A DNA stretch of 64,000 bases from sequence record MN850576.1. One strand, given 5' to 3'. Source of the DNA: Escherichia phage ime. The notes beneath the pieces are model-generated. The model was not told where the DNA came from and ran no database searches. It saw nothing but the letters and a program-made list of their open reading frames with translations. This document shows positions 46,246 to 55,575 of this stretch, one piece after another; positions within the stretch are counted from its first letter, which is position 1, and the number at the start of each line of letters is the position of its first letter. Made by a program: the position numbers and the translations under genes.

Positions 46246-47612
46246 ACGTCCCCCTCTTCTGCTCTGGTTTCAAAATCTTTCCTGACAATTTTGTCTAAGT
46301 CAGGGAATGTTGTATTGTAAAACTCTACTACTCGCGGGTCAACAATAATGTCAACTTCTCTTAGGGGACGCAACAAGTTTATTCCTTGTATTGTCTTAAC
46401 TCTACTCAAAGCGACATACGTCATCCCAGGAGAGAAAGCTCCGTTCTTTCCAAGGTCTAGGTTGTAACAATCTAGCGTAAGTCCTTGACTTTTATGAGAT
46501 GTTACGGCGTACCCAGATTTCAGAGGAAGTTGCTTGTATGACCCAATCACTACCCTCTCTATAAACTTCTCCATCTTCCTTTCTGCAATGTTGTATCTCT
46601 GAGAGGGCTTATACTCGTTATTCTCCCACAACCTCTGCTCTATGTCAACCTGTGTTCCATCTTCAAGCTCTACCACCACCGCCTTGTTCTTAAATTTAAC
46701 AATTGTGGCACGTGTTCCGTTAACATAATAAGGTACTTTGTGCGTCGGGTCAACATCGTTGGCGGTTATCATAACTTTCATGCCAATTTTCAACTTCATC
46801 TCCTGCTCAACTGGCAGGGTGGAGGGAAACTTACCCTTCATTTCACCAGTGTATACCTTCTCTGGGGCGTTGATGGCATCATAGAACCTTCTGTTTACTT
46901 CCTCTGCTTGTTTGTTGGTGGCGCAAATTGTGAGAGCATCTGTTGGTACACCACCTTTGTAACAGCGAGCATTAAGTTCTGCTACAACCTCTTTTATGCG
47001 ACGACCCTCACGAACACAGTTGAGCATTGTGGCAAATCGAATAGACTCCTGTCGGAACTGATCTATTAGGGCTATGTTGTGGAGGTCAAGCTCTTTCCAA
47101 GATTCGGTGTAGCAACACAGGTCCGTATGGTAGAAGTTGAAGTAGGCTTCCTTCTCCATAGAAGAGACAACAGGAGGTGCCTGGTAAAAATCGCCAAACA
47201 ATATGACCTGTATGCCTCCGAAAGGTTTGTCATTTTTTCGAAGGAAGCGGAGTTTCCTATCCATCTCTATAAACTTATCAGCACGGATCATAGAGATTTC
47301 ATCGATAATTAGGATGGTAAATGCCTTGCTTTTCAAAGGCTTTGCTGTTTTTGCCCTTATTGCGGTCCAGTCCGACTCCATGCTCACACCTGCTGCAAGA
47401 TCGAATGTTCGGTGTGCTGTTGCTCCATTAACGTTTAAAGCGGCTACCCCTGTCGGGGCAACCGTTATGCAAGAGTCTCCATACATTGACTGGATCATGT
47501 TGATGAGATACGTCTTCCCACAACCTGCAGGTCCTGAAACGAAGACATTCTCACCACTCATGATTGCAATGAGGGCAGCATCTGTGCCTACGTCATACTG
47601 CCCTTTTTCCAT
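46242..47612 (-). CDS. SF1 DNA helicase (Dda/RecD/Pif1-like)
   Basis: Walker A GPAGCGKT; Walker B IIDEISM; YVALSRV motif. Confidence 0.75.
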   Translation of the reverse strand: MEKGQYDVGTDAALIAIMSGENVFVSGPAGCGKTYLINMIQSMYGDSCITVAPTGVAALNVNGATAHRTFDLAAGVSMESDWTAIRAKTAKPLKSKAFTILIIDEISMIRADKFIEMDRKLRFLRKNDKPFGGIQVILFGDFYQAPPVVSSMEKEAYFNFYHTDLCCYTESWKELDLHNIALIDQFRQESIRFATMLNCVREGRRIKEVVAELNARCYKGGVPTDALTICATNKQAEEVNRRFYDAINAPEKVYTGEMKGKFPSTLPVEQEMKLKIGMKVMITANDVDPTHKVPYYVNGTRATIVKFKNKAVVVELEDGTQVDIEQRLWENNEYKPSQRYNIAERKMEKFIERVVIGSYKQLPLKSGYAVTSHKSQGLTLDCYNLDLGKNGAFSPGMTYVALSRVKTIQGINLLRPLREVDIIVDPRVVEFYNTTFPDLDKIVRKDFETRAEEGDV

Positions 47613-48817
47613 TACGCCTCCTCGTAGATAATGTCGATGATGTTACCATCACGGTCAACTACGTATTCAATCGGATCGCCATCTTTGCGTGATTCCGGTG
47701 CTGCTACGATTTCGTAGCGGCATGCACGGCACTTAGCACTGTTGTGTTGGTATGGCACACTAACCACATCCGCAGGGTCAACCATAACCATCATTATAGT
47801 GCCATAGCCCGCTGCATACTCTTTGCTGGCGCAGTGCAGGCCATAAGAACACGCAGCTTCCGGATCATCTTCTACAAAGTTACGAGGCATGGACACAAAA
47901 GCACCCTGGTATTGTGGAACTTTACCGCTGTGCCAATCCACCCACCTGCTCCCGTTAAACTGAACCCCCTTATAGCAAATGATTCGACCATCTTCTGCAA
48001 CCTGGATGTCATTAGCCTGCATGAAATCGTAGAGCATGTTCACAGATTTTGCAGACGGGTTGCGTAGCAGACGGACAAGGAATTTAACATATCGGTCGTC
48101 CAGTGTTCCATCTACATAATCTTCCTCAATTTTCTTTGCAATGGTGGATCGCATCTCTACACCGTAGTAGTAGAGCTTACCATCTTTCATGATCAGGTTG
48201 TCTGCAAGTGTGGTGAACTCATTCTTGCGTTCCAGCCAGACAAGGATTTCACCAATTGCCTCATCATATTCCTGAACAGAAATATGGTCGAAGACTTTCT
48301 GGTAAACTTCCTCACTTTCGCTGCGGCGAATTTCAAAAATGCCTTCGTTGCAGGTGATCTGGAGGAGTTCCCCGCAAATAACTACCAAAGGCTCGATGCT
48401 TCGAGACTGTTGCTGAGACACACTGCTCACCACTTCCAGCACCGGATCTTTGACTTCTACTAAAGGTTCTTCTGACTTGATTGCTACCCCAGTGACCCCC
48501 GCACCGTGAACAACACACAGTGGGTATACCACGCCCCAACGTTTAACGGAACCTTCACCTGAATCTAAGATCATGGCGTACTTACCGTTGTCTTCCAGTC
48601 CGTAGCGGAATAAACGGGCCTCTTCGCGGGTTTCAAAATCCTCACGGGTATAGCAGACACTGTCTCGGTCAGGATCAAACAGCTCTGGGGCACCTACTGC
48701 CAGTGTCCATGTTGTAGTACCTTTCTCAATAGCACATGTGAAACCCTTCTTCTCAAGTTCTGCACGGCGGTCGCGTGCTTCTTTACGAGTTTTGAAATGT
48801 TCGTAGATGAAAATCAT
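47612..48817 (-). CDS. rIIB-like protein (tentative)
   Basis: Immediately downstream of GHKL rIIA-like gene; C-terminal motifs recalled as rIIB-like. Confidence 0.4.
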   Translation of the reverse strand: MIFIYEHFKTRKEARDRRAELEKKGFTCAIEKGTTTWTLAVGAPELFDPDRDSVCYTREDFETREEARLFRYGLEDNGKYAMILDSGEGSVKRWGVVYPLCVVHGAGVTGVAIKSEEPLVEVKDPVLEVVSSVSQQQSRSIEPLVVICGELLQITCNEGIFEIRRSESEEVYQKVFDHISVQEYDEAIGEILVWLERKNEFTTLADNLIMKDGKLYYYGVEMRSTIAKKIEEDYVDGTLDDRYVKFLVRLLRNPSAKSVNMLYDFMQANDIQVAEDGRIICYKGVQFNGSRWVDWHSGKVPQYQGAFVSMPRNFVEDDPEAACSYGLHCASKEYAAGYGTIMMVMVDPADVVSVPYQHNSAKCRACRYEIVAAPESRKDGDPIEYVVDRDGNIIDIIYEEA

Positions 48818-48827
48818 AGCTGTCTCC

Positions 48828-50810
48828 TTATTTGGTGTTATTCTTTGCGTCGATCAGTTCACGGTATTCAATCATAGCAGGAGTGTCCCAATATTTCAAG
48901 CCCACATGCTTCAAAAGTGGATATTTCTTTTCCAATCTTGCAATATAGGCCTTCCCGCACTTGACTCGGTTGGCGATTAAGATTTTGGCACGATGATTTA
49001 GCTCACTGTGCTTCCACGCGGTGTTACCTTCCCACTTGTGGAAATGTGGCCGATAATTTCCAAAATCTTGCATGGGGATAATTTTCCCTAATTGTCTATA
49101 CAGGCTGTCATATGAAGTTTCATTTGCTGCGCGAGTCAGTAAGAATTTCCAGGCGTCCTCTTTCAACAAATGTTCCACATTTTTCTCTGTAACATACTGG
49201 CAATCAGGATCAGTCCAAAGCAGACGAGATTCTGATACCAGGTACAGATCTTCCCCTTCAGGAATCTGGAGTGCCGCACGCACACGGTCATAATTTTGCT
49301 GGTAGATGTTACTTAGCTGTCCCAGCCAACAACTTCCACGTTGGATATCACCCTCATAAGGAATGCAGTGCTTAATCTTCTTGAACTCTGCCTTAGTAAT
49401 ACGTTCACGACGGAAGTAACCATCCTTCTCAAGCTTTTTAACCCAATAACCTGGCTCGTAATGAGTTTTTGTTTCACCTTTCTTCGCAGGTCGGCGAGGG
49501 AGCTCTGATAACAATTTGACAGTATCTGCAAAGAACGGATGGTGTGCCGCCTCTTTAAACTCTTTCACCAGATCCGTGTTCCGGCAATAGAAAACGTTGC
49601 GTCCGGTGATTTCGCTTAAGTAGTTACACTTATTTCGGTTATATTTACCATCTCCGTCGTTAAATACAAGGTATACACCTCGTAAGAACTCCGACTTTCC
49701 GTAACGAGCATAGCCTATGCGGTCTTTATTTAAGCCGCCAGCGAAAATTTCACAATCGCCTAAGTCGCCAAGCCCTGTTTCTTCCCAACGGTTCCACATA
49801 AAGTTTTTGCCGAAGATGTGTCCGAACACTCCACTATTCTTCATCATTTCACGTGCTTCTGCGGAGGTTTTTGCCGTCTCCAGTTCTGCAATAACTTCTG
49901 CCCCGCGAAGACGTATACCTTCTTTGACAAAGGCCTCCAGGCGATCCTGGAATCCACCGTCGTCATGGCCCTCTATGGTCCATTCACGCCCAGGGTTAAT
50001 ATTGCAATCCCCAATAGGAATTTCCACGCAGATTGCAGGGTAATCGGTCAATGTCTCCAGGAACTTGGAGCGGTAAGGTTGGTGACCCATCACAACACGG
50101 CTCTCATCAGAACTGGTATAACCTTTCAGGATGGTCATTTTCCAGCCATCCTTCTCGTAATGATACTGTGCCTCAACCTTGTCACCTTCTAACATCTTAC
50201 TGGTCATAGGATCGGTGACGATGAACGGAAACTTCGCATAGCGTAAGCACGATGCAATAGCAGTGCGATATTTCAGGACATGCTCTTTCTTAACATGGAA
50301 CTGAACTTTTACCCCGTTGTGCTCTTCAGTCTTCCGCTCACGGATCTTGGTAACGTTTGGGATACCCTGATCCAAGAACAATAGATATGTGCTTTCAACA
50401 CCATTGTGCACACTGATAACATCGAAAGTGTCCACCATACTGAACGGAGCCTTTGAACCAACACCTTTATTACCTACCAGAGCGTTGCTGTTGCGCTTGG
50501 TTGACTCCCCGAGATTCATGAAAGTGTTGCGGACCATCTCTTCTGACATGCCCAATCCAACGTCCTGCACAAAGAAGTATGGTTCAAGGTCTGTAGGAGA
50601 GTGAATGATGATCGGTACATCACCCCGTCCAGACTCAACATGGGAGTCCACAGCATTGAAGATTGGTTCACGGCAGCTTGCCAGCACCTTATCTTCGTAA
50701 ATCCCTTTAATGATTAGCCCAAAAGTCTCTTTGTTCAGAGAAATTGAGCCCCTGGTGACCTCCATATTTCCGGTCAGCACTGCTTTAGTTTCATTACTGT
50801 TTACAATCAT
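48828..50810 (-). CDS. rIIA-like protein with N-terminal GHKL (histidine-kinase-like) ATPase domain
   Basis: N-box FNAVDSHVE, D-box QDVGLGMS, G-box GNKGVGSKAPFS; AAGGAGCG RBS. Confidence 0.6.
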   Translation of the reverse strand: MIVNSNETKAVLTGNMEVTRGSISLNKETFGLIIKGIYEDKVLASCREPIFNAVDSHVESGRGDVPIIIHSPTDLEPYFFVQDVGLGMSEEMVRNTFMNLGESTKRNSNALVGNKGVGSKAPFSMVDTFDVISVHNGVESTYLLFLDQGIPNVTKIRERKTEEHNGVKVQFHVKKEHVLKYRTAIASCLRYAKFPFIVTDPMTSKMLEGDKVEAQYHYEKDGWKMTILKGYTSSDESRVVMGHQPYRSKFLETLTDYPAICVEIPIGDCNINPGREWTIEGHDDGGFQDRLEAFVKEGIRLRGAEVIAELETAKTSAEAREMMKNSGVFGHIFGKNFMWNRWEETGLGDLGDCEIFAGGLNKDRIGYARYGKSEFLRGVYLVFNDGDGKYNRNKCNYLSEITGRNVFYCRNTDLVKEFKEAAHHPFFADTVKLLSELPRRPAKKGETKTHYEPGYWVKKLEKDGYFRRERITKAEFKKIKHCIPYEGDIQRGSCWLGQLSNIYQQNYDRVRAALQIPEGEDLYLVSESRLLWTDPDCQYVTEKNVEHLLKEDAWKFLLTRAANETSYDSLYRQLGKIIPMQDFGNYRPHFHKWEGNTAWKHSELNHRAKILIANRVKCGKAYIARLEKKYPLLKHVGLKYWDTPAMIEYRELIDAKNNTK

Positions 50811-51307
50811 TTATTGCGCTCCTTGTAGTAGATATGGCTCCCGAATTGAGCTGTCCTCTGCATCTTTTTTGCCCATTTCGGTCGTACTTTGGTTGTATGG
50901 TAGTGTGTTGCTCCACCTGTTATGTCCATAGCCATGTATGCAACATGGTTGTTATTATAGACCTTTAGAAGCATCTTTGCAAGACTTTTAGCGTGATCCC
51001 ATGAATCTTTTTCTGTCACCTTAAAAGTTTTGCCGTGGTTTGTCCACGAAAACTGGTTAGGTTGGTAGACAATCTTTCTTATAGTGTCTGGGTATTTAGG
51101 GTGGGATTTCCTGTTTAGTGTGGCAAACCCAGATGCCAGCATACCCATCGTGCCATCTCCTCTAGCTTCCCTGTAGATATTGCATGCCAGAATGTTTTCC
51201 TTAGTATCTGATGGCTTGCAAGTATGATATACTTTTTGTTTTTGTGCTGCAACAACAGGCAGCGATAAAAGTGCGCTCAAAATAATAGCAAAGATCTTAA
51301 TTTTCAC
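50807..51307 (-). CDS. SleB-type cell wall hydrolase with signal peptide
   Basis: NIYREARGDG...YQPNQFSWT motif; hydrophobic N-terminus; GTG start with GGAG RBS. Confidence 0.7.
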   Translation of the reverse strand: MKIKIFAIILSALLSLPVVAAQKQKVYHTCKPSDTKENILACNIYREARGDGTMGMLASGFATLNRKSHPKYPDTIRKIVYQPNQFSWTNHGKTFKVTEKDSWDHAKSLAKMLLKVYNNNHVAYMAMDITGGATHYHTTKVRPKWAKKMQRTAQFGSHIYYKERNK

Positions 51308-51319
51308 AATGACTCCAAA

Positions 51320-51343
51320 TAGAAAATCCCCGCCGAAGCGGGG
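51320..51343 (-). terminator. rho-independent terminator (minus strand)
   Basis: CCCCGC-CGAA-GCGGGG hairpin followed on minus strand by ATTTTCTATTT. Confidence 0.5.
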
Positions 51344-51356
51344 GAGGTCTTAGAAA

Positions 51357-51737
51357 TTAATCGTAGTGTGCCAAAATCTCTCCATCGTTGCAAGTTCCCT
51401 CTACAAAGTTATGAAGATTCATGCACTCATCTTGATAGAAGAATTTACCGCTTTTCAGCCGTAGGCCAAACAACTCCGCATCTCCACGATGGCAAGCCTC
51501 TACAAGTTCATAGATTTCATACGGCAACTCTCCGTCGTCATGGAAGAATCCAGCCTTATCGTTGACATAAATGAAGAAATAATCACTGCTATCGCAAGCG
51601 TCCAATATTTTAAACCAGACTTCATCTACATCTTTTTCTCGGATATCGATCACGCAAGTGGAGCTGCATTCGTACTCCTTCTCCGGCTCCTCGGTCAATA
51701 CCACCAGGTAGTTTCCCCGCTTACCTACTTTAGCCAT
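51357..51737 (-). CDS. hypothetical protein
   Basis: ATG 51737 with AAGGGGGG RBS. Confidence 0.5.
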   Translation of the reverse strand: MAKVGKRGNYLVVLTEEPEKEYECSSTCVIDIREKDVDEVWFKILDACDSSDYFFIYVNDKAGFFHDDGELPYEIYELVEACHRGDAELFGLRLKSGKFFYQDECMNLHNFVEGTCNDGEILAHYD

Positions 51738-51747
51738 ACAACCCCCC

Positions 51748-52932
51748 TTAAGCTTTAGCCAAAATGGCGCTAAACTCTTCACCAAACTCTTTTACAATCT
51801 TCATCAGGTTTGGGTATGCTTTGATCAGCTGAGCAACAATCTTGTCACGCCCTTTACCGATAAGCAAGGCATTTCCTAAGGCATTAGGTTTCATCATCGC
51901 CATAAAGACTGAGAATACAAAATCTCGGTTCTCGTCCTTGAAGTTTTCCCAAAGGAAATCGAGGAAGTTTGCCACGCAGCTGACAAGATCTTCGTCTGAG
52001 ATACTTGCATTTTCCATCATATTGCGAATAGCGATACAACCTTCAGATCCAAGAATCCACAAAATGTCTGGCTGCTTAGGACCTACGTATTCTTTGCAGC
52101 CACCTGCCATAATCCGACCGATTTCCGGTAAATTACGTTTCTTGGTGTGGTAAGTCCAGATCTCTACCGCTGCAGTGTGACCAATAGCACCTTGTAGAAG
52201 AACACGGGCCATAGCGTCAGAAATAATACCGCTGTCAAAATCGTGCAAGATGTCAGATGCAGCAACCCAAGATCGTGGTGTGGCAAAAGATGGACAATTA
52301 ATCTCAGCCATAGCCTCATAATTATCAATAGCTGATGGAACTCTTTTCAGATACCCAATTACAGAGGAGTGAACCCCGTTGAGGAATGCGTAGTCCTCAA
52401 TAAACACCTCTGCATTGCTTGTAACCTCTACAATGATAAAACGGTTAGCCAGAGGGGCTTCGAGCGCCGAAAGAACCGCACCATCTGTAGAACGGTTACC
52501 CGCAGCCACAAAAACAGAACCCTTAGGGAATGCATAGGTGCCGCACTTGTGGTCAAGCATAATTTGCATTGCAACCTTTTGCAGGTAGTTATCTGCATGA
52601 GTGAGCTCATCCAGAAAGATAATTCCGCTCCAGTCAGGATCCGCAGGCCAAAATTCTGGAATTGCAAACACTGTACGTGTAGTTCCATCCGCTTCTACAG
52701 GGATAGGTAGCCCAGATAAGTCGGCAGGATCTTTATCTGACAGTCGCACGTCAACAAGGTTGTCATCTCGCTCACCGAACATATTATCAGCGATCTGCTT
52801 CATCACCTGGCTTTTACCCACACCCATTGGTCCCAAAATTAGGACAGATCGGCTATGACGTTGGGCAAACTGAATAATAGCTGGCAACTCACGGACAGTG
52901 ATTTGACCACTTTCGAATACGTTTCTTGACAT
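51748..52932 (-). CDS. AAA+ ATPase, MoxR-like
   Basis: Walker A GPMGVGKS, Walker B IIFLDEL. Confidence 0.7.
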   Translation of the reverse strand: MSRNVFESGQITVRELPAIIQFAQRHSRSVLILGPMGVGKSQVMKQIADNMFGERDDNLVDVRLSDKDPADLSGLPIPVEADGTTRTVFAIPEFWPADPDWSGIIFLDELTHADNYLQKVAMQIMLDHKCGTYAFPKGSVFVAAGNRSTDGAVLSALEAPLANRFIIVEVTSNAEVFIEDYAFLNGVHSSVIGYLKRVPSAIDNYEAMAEINCPSFATPRSWVAASDILHDFDSGIISDAMARVLLQGAIGHTAAVEIWTYHTKKRNLPEIGRIMAGGCKEYVGPKQPDILWILGSEGCIAIRNMMENASISDEDLVSCVANFLDFLWENFKDENRDFVFSVFMAMMKPNALGNALLIGKGRDKIVAQLIKAYPNLMKIVKEFGEEFSAILAKA

Positions 52933-53201
52933 TAGTAAAAGTCCTCTACTTGTGTGTAAGTGTTTTCAAAGTTTTCCAAAACAGATATCACATCGAATCT
53001 GTCAATATCATACGTGACTCTCCAGTTGTACGCAACCCTTTCTGCTGTTGCCTCTTCTGGCGCTAGTCGTCTGCTGGCATAAAAGAGTGTTGGAGTACAC
53101 TTTCTTGCTTGCCCTCTAACTTTCCCATAATAATATCTGTGAATATCTTTGTCAAAATTTAACTCTTTTTCTGCACGAAGTTCATATTGCTGGTATAACA
53201 T
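52932..53201 (-). CDS. hypothetical protein
   Basis: ORF track. Confidence 0.45.
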   Translation of the reverse strand: MLYQQYELRAEKELNFDKDIHRYYYGKVRGQARKCTPTLFYASRRLAPEEATAERVAYNWRVTYDIDRFDVISVLENFENTYTQVEDFY

Positions 53202-53245
53202 CTCTACTACTCCTTAAGCAGCATCCTTGCCGCCATTCCTGCCCA

Positions 53246-53626
53246 CTAAAATGCAGTCCGAATCCAGACAAGGTTCTTATCTGCCCAATCATAGAGGCAA
53301 GTCATTGCACTATTGAATTGCTCACACGGAGGATAATCTTCTTCCATCTGGCGCATAGCAGAGCCTTGTGGGTAAAGCTCCCGTGCTGCAAACCACGCGT
53401 CGTAGTCATCAACGGTGTCGAAGTAGTATACAACATCCTCTAACTCAGGATCGAACTTTGAACTATCAGGATCCAGTTGTTCAGGGAACTTGGAGCGTAA
53501 CTTGCCAGCCACAATACTTGCCAACTCGCTAACATGCTTATTGTCCCACTCCACTAGCTTCCCGTCTTCAGTGATGCGTCCTAACCACTGATCATGAAGG
53601 TCAACTGTTGTCTTCCACTGAGCCAT
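53246..53626 (-). CDS. hypothetical protein
   Basis: ORF track. Confidence 0.5.
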   Translation of the reverse strand: MAQWKTTVDLHDQWLGRITEDGKLVEWDNKHVSELASIVAGKLRSKFPEQLDPDSSKFDPELEDVVYYFDTVDDYDAWFAARELYPQGSAMRQMEEDYPPCEQFNSAMTCLYDWADKNLVWIRTAF

Positions 53627-53628
53627 TA

Positions 53629-53889
53629 TCAGTCCACCTCTTCTTCTCGTTGTAGTTCAAGATACCCGTAGGTCTGGACATCTTGAAGGGTGTGGAACTC
53701 CCCCCCCTCTGCCGCTAAGGCACGAACAACTTGGCACAAAACCTTATGAGGAACTTCATCCAAACCTAGATTCAGTGCAGGAAACACCTTATCTAAGTCA
53801 ACAAAATAAACGAACTGTAGCTCACCAGCTTCAAAAGGTGTATCTTCAATAAACATCTTCTCGGCATTAGTCAAGATCTGCACTTTCAT
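53629..53889 (-). CDS. hypothetical protein
   Basis: ORF track. Confidence 0.45.
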   Translation of the reverse strand: MKVQILTNAEKMFIEDTPFEAGELQFVYFVDLDKVFPALNLGLDEVPHKVLCQVVRALAAEGGEFHTLQDVQTYGYLELQREEEVD

Positions 53890-54245
53890 TATTCTACCTC
53901 CTCTTCTTTTTCTTCGGCATTAGTTTCATGGCTACCCCACTCGGGAGTTTCCACCTCGATAGTAAACTCACGCACTACACGGTAATTGCCCATGAAGCGC
54001 TCTACTTCGTCAAGGCTTATGGAGAGGCCATTGGCAACCAGGTCTGCAGCACCCTCTTCTACCAGGTAGTCCAGATTGGCTTCCAGAGCCTCAGGTTCAA
54101 ACCCTGTCAATGCAATCAGATAACCTTCCCCTTCATCAGGGAGGACAATACAGCCCAATTGATTTTCTTTAAAAAGGCAGTGACCATCATTATTGATTGG
54201 GTGTTCATTGCAGTAAATAGCTGCACGATAAGTAACTTTAGACAT
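53889..54245 (-). CDS. hypothetical acidic protein starting MSKVTYRA
   Basis: ATG 54245 with TAAGGAGA RBS; first 8 codons lie in the 29-bp inverted repeat. Confidence 0.5.
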   Translation of the reverse strand: MSKVTYRAAIYCNEHPINNDGHCLFKENQLGCIVLPDEGEGYLIALTGFEPEALEANLDYLVEEGAADLVANGLSISLDEVERFMGNYRVVREFTIEVETPEWGSHETNAEEKEEEVE

Positions 54246-54250
54246 CGGTA
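54222..54250. repeat. 29-bp inverted repeat, copy A
   Basis: Reverse complement identical to 56085-56113 (TACCGATGTCTAAAGTTACTTATCGTGCA). Confidence 0.7.
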
Positions 54251-54258
54251 AGGTCTCC

Positions 54259-54537
54259 TTAGGCAATTGTCGTTTTACATTCTTGAAATTTTAACACAAG
54301 ACGGTGATTGTGTCTAGTGTCTAAAAAGATTTTTTCAACCATCAGGCACACGGTATAACCGTCAATCTTGTTGACAACAAAATCTCCAGGATGAGGGAGG
54401 ATGTCTCCCGGATTGGGGAAACATAGTCCACTCAGAAAGGCATCGTCAGTGGTGGACTTAATAGATTTCCACACACTGTCTGCCTGAACATGTTCACCGA
54501 CGTAATATACATTACCACATGCCTTCATCATAGTCAA
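54259..54537 (-). CDS. hypothetical protein
   Basis: ORF track. Confidence 0.45.
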   Translation of the reverse strand: MTMMKACGNVYYVGEHVQADSVWKSIKSTTDDAFLSGLCFPNPGDILPHPGDFVVNKIDGYTVCLMVEKIFLDTRHNHRLVLKFQECKTTIA

Positions 54538-55433
54538 ACCCTCGCATAAATTAAACTTGTATCAGTATACTTCTTTAATGGGTAAATATCCTGTCCATAG
54601 ATGCAATCATTAAACACCTCATCTACCCAAAGGCTACACTTATATCCCATCATTTCTAAAACACCCATCTCTTCTTCGGTAAACTTATCACCGCTCTTGC
54701 AAGATGTCAATACCTCATTCTGAACTCTTGCTACCTCGAAGCGGTTATTGGCAATATCGCTATTGGCGATCAAATACTCACCTAGAGGGTGTGCGGCATT
54801 AAAGATGCACAGTGGACGGCTGACGTAATAGTCTCCAGGTGTATAAAAATTGTTGAGGTCTTTCACTAGAACATTCTTATCAGTCACTTCATTTATAACA
54901 TCATGCATATCGCACATCTTTATATGTTTGAGGATTCCATCCCCCATCACAAAATAAAAACTTGCTGAGACACTTTCGGCATAGATCTTACTAGATCCGT
55001 TGTAGTTGTATTTTACTCGGATGCTAACGGGGGTTTTTCCTGTCGCGTTAGCCATCATCCAAAGAAATGGCAGCTCATACTTCTCCTCTGAGGAAACAAA
55101 AGGTGAGGTAGCCAGAGATCGAAAACCTCCAGAGAAGTTGAAAGTTACAGAACCGCTCCGGCGGTATGATACCGCGTATTCTACTTTTATATCGACATAC
55201 CCATTGGAATAGGTGTGTCCTTCATTATCTAAATATGTCCACTTATCAGACCCAGATACCAATCTACGCTCAATAACCTTCATCACTATAGGAATTAATG
55301 GGTTGGTACAAACCGCTTTTGAAGTAGCTTTATCATCTAAAGCCTCGTAAATTGCAGAAAGGATGTCCCCAGCTGAAAGATTGGTTGTTATGTCCTGTTT
55401 CCACCGCGTACTAAAACTGTTAAGATTTGCCAT
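54534..55433 (-). CDS. hypothetical protein (299 aa)
   Basis: ORF track; first gene of leftward block. Confidence 0.55.
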   Translation of the reverse strand: MANLNSFSTRWKQDITTNLSAGDILSAIYEALDDKATSKAVCTNPLIPIVMKVIERRLVSGSDKWTYLDNEGHTYSNGYVDIKVEYAVSYRRSGSVTFNFSGGFRSLATSPFVSSEEKYELPFLWMMANATGKTPVSIRVKYNYNGSSKIYAESVSASFYFVMGDGILKHIKMCDMHDVINEVTDKNVLVKDLNNFYTPGDYYVSRPLCIFNAAHPLGEYLIANSDIANNRFEVARVQNEVLTSCKSGDKFTEEEMGVLEMMGYKCSLWVDEVFNDCIYGQDIYPLKKYTDTSLIYARV

Positions 55434-55515
55434 AAGTAAGTGCTCCTATGTTAGTTTTCTTTCGAATGGGTGCACTATATTGTGGAGTTAGAGTAAAGTC
55501 AACACGTTTTTGATG

Positions 55516-55544
55516 TTGACATCTGTTGAGACAATTGATACGAT
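55516..55544 (+). promoter_or_regulatory. sigma70-like promoter (TTGACA-17-TACGAT)
   Basis: Divergent from leftward block. Confidence 0.5.
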
Positions 55545-55575
55545 TTCTTCACTTACAGAGCACGAGAGACGACTC

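Noticed and set aside
38071-52858. Plus-strand track ORFs inside the leftward block (for example 38071..38436, 40653..40940, 47203..47631, 49717..50043, 52369..52710)
   Set aside because: Antisense to large domain-bearing genes (polymerase, primase-helicase, helicase, rIIA-like, AAA+); no RBS or promoter context.
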